DNA of 64,000 bases from Nemertoderma westbladi (Eukaryota; Animalia; Xenacoelomorpha), in contig JAUCBJ010003150.1 of assembly GCA_032718475.1 (NCBI GenBank), forward strand, positions 1-64,000, written 5' to 3'. Position 1 is the first letter of the stretch, and each line of letters begins with the position of its first letter. The position numbers and the translations under genes were made by a program. Of the stretch, positions 50,352-62,293 are shown piece by piece. Below the pieces are notes generated by a model that ran no database searches, was not told where the DNA came from, and worked only from the letters and a program-made list of their open reading frames with translations.

Positions 50352-51124
50352 TTAAGGGGGGGGGGGGGGGGGGGGGGGGTATACCCCCCCATGATCCTTT
50401 TTTTAAAATGCCTGTCAATTAGTGTTAAATAATAATATTGATATTTTGTCATGGTCAACCACTGTATGGAAGGCCAAATAGCCTTAATTTTTAGACTCAG
50501 CGTGATCGATTCTACAAAAGTTATCTTATATAATTTTTAATTAGCCATTTTTATTTTAATGAATTAATTAATTATCAGATTTTTAATTAAAATTAGCTAA
50601 TTAGAAAAATTATCAAAATTCCATAAGATAACTTTTAAAGAGCTTCCAAAGCTCGTTCGAATGAACCATAAACGAAGAAAATTGGTTGAAAAATGACGGA
50701 GGAGTAGTAATTTGAAAATGAAAAATGTCATTCCGAGAAAATGCCCTTCAAAGTTTAAACCGTCCCGCCAAAATTGGCTGTCTGTGTTCTGGTTGGTTAA
50801 TTATTTCTGGCACGAAGGATGCACACCAACGAGTTAAAATGTTCATTACTGGAGTTTTTGGGGTCGCTGATTTTATTTCCGATGTCAGTTTTAATTTTTG
50901 GTGAAATCTAGTCTATCTGTCTGTCTGTCTGTCGGTCTTTCTTACAATAATGGACAGACCGTCATACGGAAAAACAGTGATAACTCGAGAACTGAAAGAG
51001 GTCTCACTAAACGGTTTTCAGATTTATAATCCTCCTTAAATTCTGCTCTAGGTGAAATAAAGAAACAACAATTTGAAAATTTTACCTGAAGGGGGTATAC
51101 CCCCCCCCCCCCCCCCCCCCTTAA
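50352..51124. mobile_element. Non-autonomous TTAA-flanked DNA transposon (Kolobok-like)
   Basis: TTAA at 50352-50355 and 51121-51124 flank TIRs G(n)TATACCCCC / GGGGGTATAC(n). TTAA TSD with purine-start TIRs fits Kolobok rather than piggyBac. An inverted homologue lies at 61723-62292. Confidence 0.7.
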
Positions 51125-52020
51125 ATAAACTCATCCAAAACCATATAAAACCAAATATATTCTGTAAATTATTAGGGATGTACAAGTACATGCACAATTA
51201 CATAAACGTGCCAAAAGCCAAATTACCACACAATATACGCCGTTCTACATGAAACTATATTATTTTTTATTATGTGGGTCAAATTACAAGCAGCACCATA
51301 TCTTTTGATAATAAAAACAAGGTGGTCAAAAGCAAGGAGAAAGCTGGAAATAATTCCCGACCCCAAGAACTTTTCATACATAATTGTAACGTGATATTAC
51401 CATGCTTGCAGCATATACATACAGAAGGCCTATAGCAGCAGCTGGCTGACTGGCTGGCTGGGCGAGCGGCTGCTTTACTGGGTTCCGAGGACAGTAGTGG
51501 CTGCGGATCCTTACATCCTTATTGGGTAAAGACGTTCTCGGGATGAAATCCAACGACATATAAAAATATATATAAAATCCAGTCAAATCAGAAACTTCAC
51601 AATTATTTCTGATTCTGAGCAATTTCGTTTTGTACCAGTATATTGTTTATATTTTCATAAGTAAATTAGTTATTGTTACACAAGAATAATGTGCTTCATT
51701 CAGATTCAATAAATACAAATATGATTCGGTTAATTTCATTATATCTTTTGTAAAGAAAGTTTGTGAAAATAAAGTAATCAAGTATTAGTAATACGTTTTT
51801 GAATTTTGGAACGGTTTATGGAATTTTTAAACAAAATTCAGTGCTTACTAACAAATAACTATTATCTACACTAATATAAAGCTGATGAGTTTTAAAACGA
51901 CTCTCCATGTGTAATAGTCTAACAGCAGTTTGATCACTACAAGGTAAGAATTAATTATTCTGTGAATACCAATACCTTCTGATATATAATGTACATTATT
52001 ACGAATTGGAAGATTTTATG

Positions 52021-55000
52021 TAGAAATAAACGAACGGATGTAGTGGTAGGCATTCACAAGCGGTAACATAGTGTATAGATGATAGAAATAAACGAACGGG
52101 TGAAGTGGTAGGCATTCACCAGCGGTAACATAGTGTATAGATGATAGAAATAAACGAACGGGTGAAGTGGTAGGCATTCAGCAATGGTAACATAGTGTAT
52201 AGATGATAGAAATAAACGAACGGGTGAAGTGGTAGGCATTTACCAGCGGTAACATATTGTATGGATGATAGAAATAAACGAACGGATGTAGTGGTAGGCA
52301 TTCACCAGCGGTAACATAGTGTATAGATGATAGAAATAAACGAACGGGTGAAGTGGTAGGCATTCACCAGCGGTAACATAGTGTATAGATGATAGAAATA
52401 AACGAACGGGTGAAGTGGTAGGCATTTACCAGGGGTAACATAGTGTATGGATGATAGAAATAAACGAACGGGTGAAGTGGTAGGCATTCACCAGCGGTAA
52501 CATAGTGTATAGATGATAGAAATAAACGAACGGGTGAAGTGGTAGGCATTTACCAGGGGTAACATAGTGTATGGATGATAGAAATAAACGAACGGGTGAA
52601 GTGGTAGGCATTCACCAGCGGTAACATAGTGCATAGATGATAGAAATAAACGAACGGATGAAGTGGTAGGCATTCACCAGCGGTAACATAGTGTATAGAT
52701 GATAGAAATAAACGAACGGGTGAAGTGGTAGGCATTTACCAGGGGTAACATAGTGTATGGATGATAGAAATAAACGAACGGGTGAAGTGGTAGGCATTCA
52801 CCAGCGGTAACATAGTGTATGGATGATAGAAATAAACGAACGGATGAAGTGGTAGGCATTCACCAGCGGTAACATAGTGTAGAGATGATAGAAATAAACG
52901 AACGGGTGAAGTGGTAGGCATTTACCAGGGGTAACATAGTGTATGGATGATAGAAATAAACGAACGGGTGAAGTGGTAGGCATTCACCAGCGGTAACATA
53001 TTGTATGGATGATAGAAATAAACGAACGGATGAAGTGGTAGGCATTCACCAGCGGTAACATAGTGTATAGATGATAGAAATAAACGAACGGGTGAAGTGG
53101 TAGGCATTTACCAGGGGTAACATAGTGTATGGATGATAGAAATAAACGAACGGGTGAAGTGGTAGGCATTCACCAGCGGTAACATAGTGCATAGATGATA
53201 GAAATAAACGAACGGATGAAGTGGTAGGCATTCACCAGCGGTAACATAGTGTATAGATGATAGAAATAAACGAACGGGTGAAGTGGTAGGCATTTACCAG
53301 GGGTAACATAGTGTATGGATGATAGAAATAAACGAACGGGTGAAGTGGTAGGCATTCACCAGCGGTAACATAGTGTATGGATGATAGAAATAAACGAACG
53401 GATGAAGTGGTAGGCATTTACCAGCGGTAACATAGTGTATGGATGATAGAAATAAACGAACGGATGAAGTGGTAGGCATTCACCAGCGGTAACATAGTGT
53501 AGAGATGATAGAAATAAACGAACGGATGAAGTGGTAGGCATTCACCAGCGGTAACATAGTGTATGGATGATAGAAATAAACGAACGGATGAAGTGGTAGG
53601 CATTATTCACCAGTGGTAACATAGTGTGTGGATGATAGAAATAAACGAACGGATGAAGTGGTAGGCATTCACCAGCGGTAACATAGTGTATGGATGATAG
53701 AAATAAACGAACGGATGAAGTGGTAGGCATTCACCAGCGGTAACATAGTGTATGGATGATAGAAATAAACGAACGGATGAAGTGGTAGGCATTCACCCTC
53801 GGTAACATAGTGTATGGATGATAGAAATAAACGAACGGATGAAGTGGTAGGCATTATTCACCAGTGGTAACATAGTGTGTGGATGATAGAAATAAACGAA
53901 CGGATGAAGTGGTAGGCATTCACCAGCGGTAACATAGTGTATGGATGATAGAAATAAACGAACGGATGAAGTGGTAGGCATTCACCAGCGGTAACATAGT
54001 GTATGGATGATAGAAATAAACGAACGGATGAAGTGGTAGGCATTCACCCTCGGTAACATAGTGTATGGATGATAGAAATAAACGAACGGATGAAGTGGTA
54101 GGCATTCACCAGCGGTAACATAGTGTATGGATGATAGAAATAAACGAACGGATGAAGTGGTAGGCATTTACCAGGGGTAACATAGTATATAGATGATAGA
54201 AATAAACGAACGGATGAAGTGGTAGGCATTCACCAGCGGTAACATAGTGTATGGATGATAGAAATAAACGAACGGATGAAGTGGTAGGCATTCACCCTCG
54301 GTAACATAGTGTATGGATGATAGAAATAAACGAACGGATGAAGTGGTAGGCATTCACCAGCGGTAACATAGTGTATGGATGATAGAAATAAACGAACGGA
54401 TGAAGTGGTAGGCATTCACCAGCGGTAACATAGTGTATGGATGATAGAAATAAACGAACGGGTGAAGTGGTAGGCATTCACCAGCGGTAACATAGTGTAT
54501 GGATGATAGAAATAAACGAACGGGTGAAGTGGTAGGCATTTACCAGCGGTAACATAGTGTATGGATGATAGAAATAAACGAACGGGTGAAGTGGTAGGCA
54601 TTCACCAGCGGTAACATAGTGCATAGATGATAGAAATAAACGAACGGATGAAGTGGTAGGCATTCACCAGCGGTAACATAGTGTATAGATGATAGAAATA
54701 AACGAACGGGTGAAGTGGTAGGCATTTACCAGGGGTAACATAGTGTATGGATGATAGAAATAAACGAACGGGTGAAGTGGTAGGCATTCACCAGCGGTAA
54801 CATATTGTATGGATGATAGAAATAAACGAACGGATGAAGTGGTAGGCATTCACCAGCGGTAACATAGTGCATAGATGATAGAAATAAACGAACGGATGAA
54901 GTGGTAGGCATTCACCAGCGGTAACATAGTGTAGAGATGATAGAAATAAACGAACGGATGAAGTGGTAGGCATTCACCAGCGGTAACATAGTGTAGAGAT

Positions 55001-58000
55001 GATAGAAATAAACGAACGGATGAAGTGGTAGGCATTCACCAGCGGTAACATAGTGTATGGATGATAGAAATAAACGAACGGATGAAGTGGTAGGCATTCA
55101 CCAGTGGTAACATAGTGTATGGATGATAGAAATAAACGAACGGATGAAGTGGTAGGCATTCACCAGCGGTAACATAGTGTATGGATGATAGAAATAAACG
55201 AACAGATGAAGTGGTAGGCATTCACCAGCGGTAACATAGTGTATGGATGATAGAAATAAACGAACGGATGAAGTGGTAGGCATTCACCAGTGGTAACATA
55301 GTGTATGGATGATAGAAATAAACGAACGGATGAAGTGGTAGGCATTCACCAGTGGTAACATAGTGTATGGATGATAGAAATAAACGAACGGATGTAGTGG
55401 TAGGCATTCACCAGCGGTAACATAGTGTATGGATGATAGAAATAAACGAACGGATGAAGTGGTAGGTATTCACCAGCGGTAGCATAGTGTATGGATGATA
55501 GAAATAAACGAACGGATGAAGTGGTAGGCATTCACCAGCGGTAACATAGTGTAGAGATGATAGAAATAAACGAACGGATGAAGTGGTAGGTATTCACCAG
55601 CGGTAACATAGTGTATGGATGATAGAAATAAACAAACGGGTGAAGTGGTAGGCATTTACCAGCGGTAACATAGTGTATGGTTGATAGAAATAAACGAACG
55701 GATGAAGTGGTAGGCATTCACCAGCGGTAACATAGTGTATGGATGATAGAAATAAACAAACGGGTGAAGTGGTAGGCATTTACCAGCGGTAACATAGTGT
55801 ATGGTTGATAGAAATAAACGAACGGATGAAGTGGTAGGTATTCACCAGCGGTAACATAGTGTATGGATGATAGAAATAAACAAACGGGTGAAGTGGTAGG
55901 CATTTACCAGCGGTAACATAGTGTATGGTTGATAGAAATAAACGAACGGATGAAGTGGTAGGCATTCACCAGCGGTAACATAGTGTATGGATGATAGAAA
56001 TAAACAAACGGGTGAAGTGGTAGGCATTTACCAGCGGTAACATAGTGTATGGATGATAGAAATAAACAAACGGGTGAAGTGGTAGGCATTTACCAGCGGT
56101 AACATAGTGTATGGTTGATAGAAATAAACGAACGGATGAAGTGGTAGGCATTCACCAGCGGTAACATAGTGTATGGTTGATAGAAATAAACGAACGGATG
56201 AAGTGGTAGGCATTTACTAGCGGTAACATAGTGTATGGATGATAGAAATAAACAAACGGGTGAAGTGGTAGGCATTTACCAGCGGTAACATAGTGTATGG
56301 TTGATAGAAATAGTAGCGGCTCGCTGGAGAATCTATCGAAAGGTTATAAATTTGAACCCAGACAATGTAGACCACATTATCAAGGCTACGTGTGTACTAC
56401 ATAATTTTCTGCGCGAAGCTCATCGACAGGACGATCCCCGGCAGTGGACTGAAGCCTGGAATTATTCTGAAGGAGGAGAACCCCCTCTCCCAGGTTTGGT
56501 GGATATGCCGACCTACCAACCCACAGGAAGGCCAAATAACCAAGCTATAGCTGTGCTAGACACACCCTGTGATTATTTCTATGGACTGGGTGCAGTGGAA
56601 TGGCAGTGGGAGCGTGCATATGTTTGTAAACCATACATACTGTAGGTAGACTGATGTAGTAAATTGTACATACAGTATTATAATAATTAAACATTATAAA
56701 AATAATTTTATAATTATCAAGATTTAATTATACTCACTGTCTGTCGCCAGTTGTTTTGCTATAGTGCTGTTTGTCAAACAATACTCTATGTTGATGTACC
56801 AGCACTAATATTTCTTCTTTATCCATTTTCAGCCTAGCAGTCAAACACACACACAGTCCATCAACAAACTGCAAACTAAACGAAATACAATAACAGTACT
56901 GCAACCCCTGTACAGTAATTTATATAATGCACAACAATAGTACAGTTAAATTAATGCTGTACTTTGACGCGTCCGCGTGGTTTGGGGATCCTCCCAACTG
57001 ATAGACTTCAATGCTTTCTATAATTTTGACACGTCCGCAAAATAGGTCTGAGACCTAAAATTATTTTAAAGCTTCCGCTTGACGCGTTGGTTGGGGCTGC
57101 TCCCATAGGAACCCATGCAACCTATTTTATAATCTTGACGCGTGAGGCGTCCGCGTTGGTTGGGGTTCCCCCTTAACAATGTGAGGGAGATAGTTCCTAC
57201 TGTAATATGTTGATGAGGAGAGAGGTGTGAACATGAACAAGTAGATAGTCCGGTGTTTTCGATACTAAATTATGATCATTTTGTTGAGGGTTCAATGTGG
57301 AATGAATCCCTTTGTGATTTCTGAATGCAGAACTGTATCTGCTCATCTGCCGTCCGTTTGGATATTGAATGCAGCTACATCCTACAGGGCCCAACGGTTT
57401 GCTGATAGTTATGCACCAATGATATTTACGGTGGTTAGACTTTTCCATAGGAAACTGTTTATTGGCGCATTCCGAGTGAATTTCATATTTTGATTGGATG
57501 TCGGCTTTGCCGGTGTAAGATGAAGTGGTAGGCATTCACCAGCGGTAACATAGTGTATGGTTGATAGAAATAAACGAACGGATGAAGTGGTAGGCATTTA
57601 CTAGCGGTAACATAGTGTATGGTTGATAGAAATAAACGAACGGATGAAATGGTAGGCATTTACTAGCGGTAACATAGTGTATGGTTGATAGAAATAAACG
57701 AACGGATGAAGTGGTAGGCATTTACTAGCGGTAACATAGTGTATAGATGATAGAAATAAACGAACGGATGAAGTGGTAGGCATTCACCAGCGGTAACATA
57801 GTGTATGGATGATAGAAATAAACGAACAGGTGAAGTGGTAGACATTTACCAGCGGTAACATAGTGTATGGATGATAGAAATAAACGAACGGATGAAGTGG
57901 TAGGCATTTACAAGCGGTAACATAGTGTATGGATGATAGAAATAAACGAACGGATGAAGTGGTAGGCATTTACAAGCGGTAACATAGTGTATGGATGATA

Positions 58001-60420
58001 GAAATAAACGAACGGATGAAGTGGTAGGCATTTACAAGCGGTAACATAGTGTATGGATGATAGAAATAAACGAACGGATGTAGTGGTAGGCATTTACAAG
58101 CGGTAACATAGTGTATGGATGATAGAAATAAACGAACGGGTGAAGTGGTAGACATTTACCAGCGGTAACATAGTGTATGGATGATAGAAATAAACGAACG
58201 GATGAAGTGGTAGGCATTTACAAGCGGTAACATAGTGTATGGATGATAGAAATAAACGAACGGATGAAGTGGTAGGCATTTACAAGCGGTAACATAGTGT
58301 ATGGATGATAGAAATAAACGAACGGATGAAGTGGTAGGCATTTACAAGCGGTAACATAGTGTATGGATGATAGAAATAAACGAACGGATGAAGTGGTAGG
58401 CATTCACCAGCGGTAACATAGTGTATGGATGATAGAAATAAACGAACAGGTGAAGTGGTAGGCATTCACCAGCGGTAACATAGTGTATGGATGATAGAAA
58501 TAAACGAACGGATGAAGTGGTAGGCATTCACCAGCGGTAACATAGTGTATGGATGATAGAAATAAACGAACGGATGAAGTGGTAGGCATTCACCAGCGGT
58601 AACATAGTGTATGGATGATAGAAATAAACGAACGGATGAAGTGGTAGGCATTCACCAGCGGTAACATAGTGTATGGATGATAGAAATAAACGAACGGGTG
58701 AAGTGGTAGGCATTCACCAGCGTTAACATAGTGTAGAGATGATAGAAATAAACGAACGGATGAAGTGGTAGACATTTACCAGCGGTAACATAGTGTATGG
58801 ATGATAGAAATAAACGAACGGGTGAAGTGGTAGGCATTTACCAGGGGTAACATAGTGTATGGATGATATAAATAAACGAACGGGTGAAGTGGTAGGCATT
58901 CACCAGCGTTAACATAGTGTAGAGATGATAGAAATAAACGAACGGGTGAAGTGGTAGGCATTCACCAGCGTTAACATAGTGTAGAGATGATAGAAATAAA
59001 CGAACGGGTGAAGTGGTAGGCATTTACAAGCGGTAACATAGTGTATGGATGATAGAAATAAACGAACAGGTGAAGTGGTAGGCATTCACCAGCGGCAACC
59101 TAGTGTATGGATGATAGAAATAAACGAACGGGTGAAGTGGTAGGCATTCACCAGCGTTAACATAGTGTAGAGATGATAGAAATAAACGAACGGGTGAAGT
59201 GGTAGGCATTTACCAGGGGTAACATAGTGTATGGATGATAGAAATAAACGAACGGATGAAGTGGTAGGCATTCACCAGCGTTAACATAGTGTATGGATGA
59301 TAGAAATAAACGAACGGGTGAAGTGGTAGGCATTCACCAGCGGTAACATAGTGTATGGATGATAGAAATAAACGAACGGATGAAGTGGTAGGCATTTACA
59401 AGCGGTAACATAGTGTATGGATGATAGAAATAAACGAACGGATGAAGTGGTAGACATTTACCAGCGGTAACATAGTGTATGGTTGATAGAAATAAACGAA
59501 CGGATGAAGTGGTAGGCATTCACCAGCGGTAACATAGTGTATGGATGATAGAAATAAACGAACGGATGAAGTGGTAGGCATTCACCAGCGTTAACATAGT
59601 GTAGAGCTGATAGAAATAAACGAACGGATGAAGTGGTAGACATTTACCAGCGGTAACATAGTGTATGGTTGATAGAAATAAACGAACGGATGAAGTGGTA
59701 GGCATTCACCAGCGGCAACCTAGTGTATGGATGATAGAAATAAACGAACGGGTGAAGTGGTAGGCATTTACCAGCGGTAACATAGTGTATGGATGATAGA
59801 AATAAACGAACGGATGAAGTGGTAGGCATTCACCAGCGGTAACATAGTGTATGGATGATAGAAATAAATGAACGGGTGAAGTGGTAGGCATTCACCAGCG
59901 GTAACATAGTGTATGGATGATAGAAATAAACGAACGGGTGAAGTGGTAGGCATTTACCAGGGGTAACATAGTGTATGGATGATATAAATAAACGAACGGG
60001 TGAAGTGGTAGGCATTCACCAGCGGTAACATAGTGTATGGATGATAGAAATAAACGAACGGGTGAAGTGGTAGGCATTTACCAGGGGTAACATAGTGTAT
60101 GGATGATAGAAATAAACGAACGGATGAAGTGGTAGGCATTCACCAGCGGTAACATAGTGTATGGATGATAGAAATAAACGAACGGGTGAAGTGGTAGGCA
60201 TTTACCAGGGGTAACATAGTGTATGGATGATAGAAATAAACGAACGGGTGAAGTGGTAGGCATTCACCAGCGGTAACATAGTGTATGGATGATAGAAATA
60301 AACGAACGGGTGAAGTGGTAGGCATTCACCAGCGGTAACATAGTGTATGGATGATAGAAATAAACGAACAGGTGAAGTGGTAGGCATTTACCAGCGGTAA
60401 CAGTGTATGGATGATAGAAT
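52021..60420. repeat. 62-bp satellite array, ~116 monomers, interrupted at 56313-57518
   Basis: Unit tagaaataaacgaacgg(a/g)tgaagtggtaggcatt(c/t)accagcggtaacatagtgtat(g/a)gatga. Confidence 0.99.
56313..57173 (+). mobile_element. PIF/Harbinger transposon 3' fragment (transposase C-terminus plus right end)
   Basis: AARWRIYRKVINL...IIKATCVLHNFLR matches the Harbinger/HARBI1-type DDE C-terminus. Three subterminal gacgcg..tggttgggg motifs (~56966, 57080, 57137) lead to ...ggggttccccc|tta/taa. Confidence 0.8.
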
Positions 60421-60487
60421 TAAAATAAAATAGTGAGGGTCTTTAGCTGGTTTATTGTATTAATTACAGATAATTTCTATCTTTCTA

Positions 60488-60520
<33 letters not shown>

Positions 60521-60755
60521 AGTGAGGTTAATTACAGATAACAATAGTAAACGTTTTCGACTACCGGTCTGTATCAGACTATGTAACTCATAACAGGTAG
60601 GTCTATGAGTTTCCGCACTCATAACTATGGCGCAATCGTACCTACTAGCCGCAGACTGGTAGGTTGAAAACTTTTACTATTGTTTTCTGTAATTAATATA
60701 ATAAACCAGCTAACGACCCTCAATATTTTATTTTATTCCTATCATCCATACACTG
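60401..60755. mobile_element. MITE with long TIRs (CAGTG...CACTG|TA, Tc1/mariner-like ends)
   Basis: cagtgtatggatgatagaattaaaataaaatagtgagggtc...aattacaga (60401-60470) is the reverse complement of 60686-60755; pairing continues inward (60529-60570 / 60654-60695). Confidence 0.85.
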
Positions 60756-61297
60756 TAGAAATAAAGACAGTAGTTACCCATCCTTCTATCTCTATTTAAC
60801 ATTTAGCCTCTGTAAGTGTGAAAGTAGCCAGTTATATTCTCAGATCTGGCTACTACAGTAGGTCAGACACTGCCACCTCTCGGCTCTCAGTACCTATGTG
60901 GATGATATTGGTGAACTGTCATTCTCACATTGACTGTTTGGTTCCCCCACCTGTCTCTGTAACTTGTTCCTTGTGGGGTGGGGGGGGGGGGGGGGGGGGG
61001 GGGGGTCTGGTTGTATGGAGATTATTTTCGCAATTTCACTTATATCTGAGTTATTTTTAGCCTAGATTCCGACCGACCTCGAAAACCTTATAAAGAAATT
61101 TTTAGATACTTACAGCTGACATTTAAACTGACATTCTTTCATATTCACAGACAGACAGTTTGCGCAGGAAGGTTCAAACAAATACCTTTTGTTTTTATCA
61201 TTTACTCCTATTTCATTTTTTGGTCACTTTTAGTCACCGCCGAGGTATCTCCTCTTAGGTATTTTTGTATAAAGTAAGGTTATAAAAGGTTGTATAC

Positions 61298-61720
61298 ATA
61301 ATAACTATTTACATACTTGTGTGTAAAGCAGCACTTTACAGTGTGATGATCCGAGTGGCTTTGTTACACGAACGAACGTTAGTGAGTGAGTGAAAATAAA
61401 GCCGAGCCACGAGGATCAGAACACTCTATAGTACTTTGCAACAATTATGTATGTAGTTTTATTCCAAAATTTTAACATTACGAAATGATTGTACATATAC
61501 ATTATAAGTGATAGAAACTGCACAAATTAAATTAGTTGCTGTATAAATAAATTTACAAATGACATAAATTATGTTAAAAAAGTTAGCTTATATTTATGGT
61601 GGCGCTTGGAGCAATGTTATAATAATATAGCTATACCCTGCCTACCGGTAGGTAATGAAGTAGGCCTATCTGGCTGTCAGGCAAATTTCCACCTATTCTT
61701 TACGTGGTATCCAATGGCGG
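61298..61720. mobile_element. Second (inverted) copy of the 46760-47405 palindromic element, cut by a TTAA element
   Basis: tttacatacttgtgtgtaaag...gatccgagtggc...cacgaacgaacgttagtgagtgagtgaaaataaagcc matches the reverse complement of 47220-47400. Confidence 0.8.
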
Positions 61721-61722
61721 TG

Positions 61723-62292
61723 TTAAGGGGGGGTTACCCCCTCCTTTGGTAAAATTTTCCCATTGTTGGTTTCCTATTTCTTCTGATGCAGAATTTAATG
61801 GGGAGTTCAAATCTTAAATCGGTTTGACGATATCTTTTTTAGTTCTCGAGTTATCGCTGACTTTCCGTCTATCAGTTTGTCCGTCAAAACTCAGAAGACA
61901 GACAGAGAGACAAACTGTCAGACAGACATATTAGATACCACCAAACATTAAAACTGACAACAGAAATGGAATCACCGACCCCTAAAACCCCCATATTGAT
62001 AATTTTAAGTTGGTATGAAGCCATAGTGTCAAACATAACTGACCGATTAACAGACTACCGGCAGTCAGGTTTGAGCGGGAAAGTTCAAACTTTAAAGCAA
62101 ATGATCTCGGAATTACATTTCACGATATTTCCATTTTCAAATTACTACTCCTCCGCCGTTTTTCACCCAAATTCGATAACTTATTGCTCATTTGAAAGGT
62201 TTTTTGAACATCTTATAACGTTATCCAGCACTTTTTTGAATTTTTTTTTTGAAATATTATTGAAAATTTTAATTAATTGTATTAATTTTAAC
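61723..62292. mobile_element. Truncated, diverged copy of the Kolobok-like element at 50352-51124
   Basis: Starts TTAA-GGGGGGGTTACCCC. Internal agttctcgagttatc, (gaca)n, cgacccc and ttttcaaattactactcctccg match the reverse complement of 50690-51100. Ends where the RTE begins. Confidence 0.75.
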
Positions 62293-62293
62293 T

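Noticed and set aside
52054-60387. About 100 61-aa MPTTSSVRLF ORFs; possible CRISPR-like or peptide array
   Set aside because: Head-to-tail 62-bp monomers with no unique spacers and no cas genes; the ORFs are frame-cycling artefacts.
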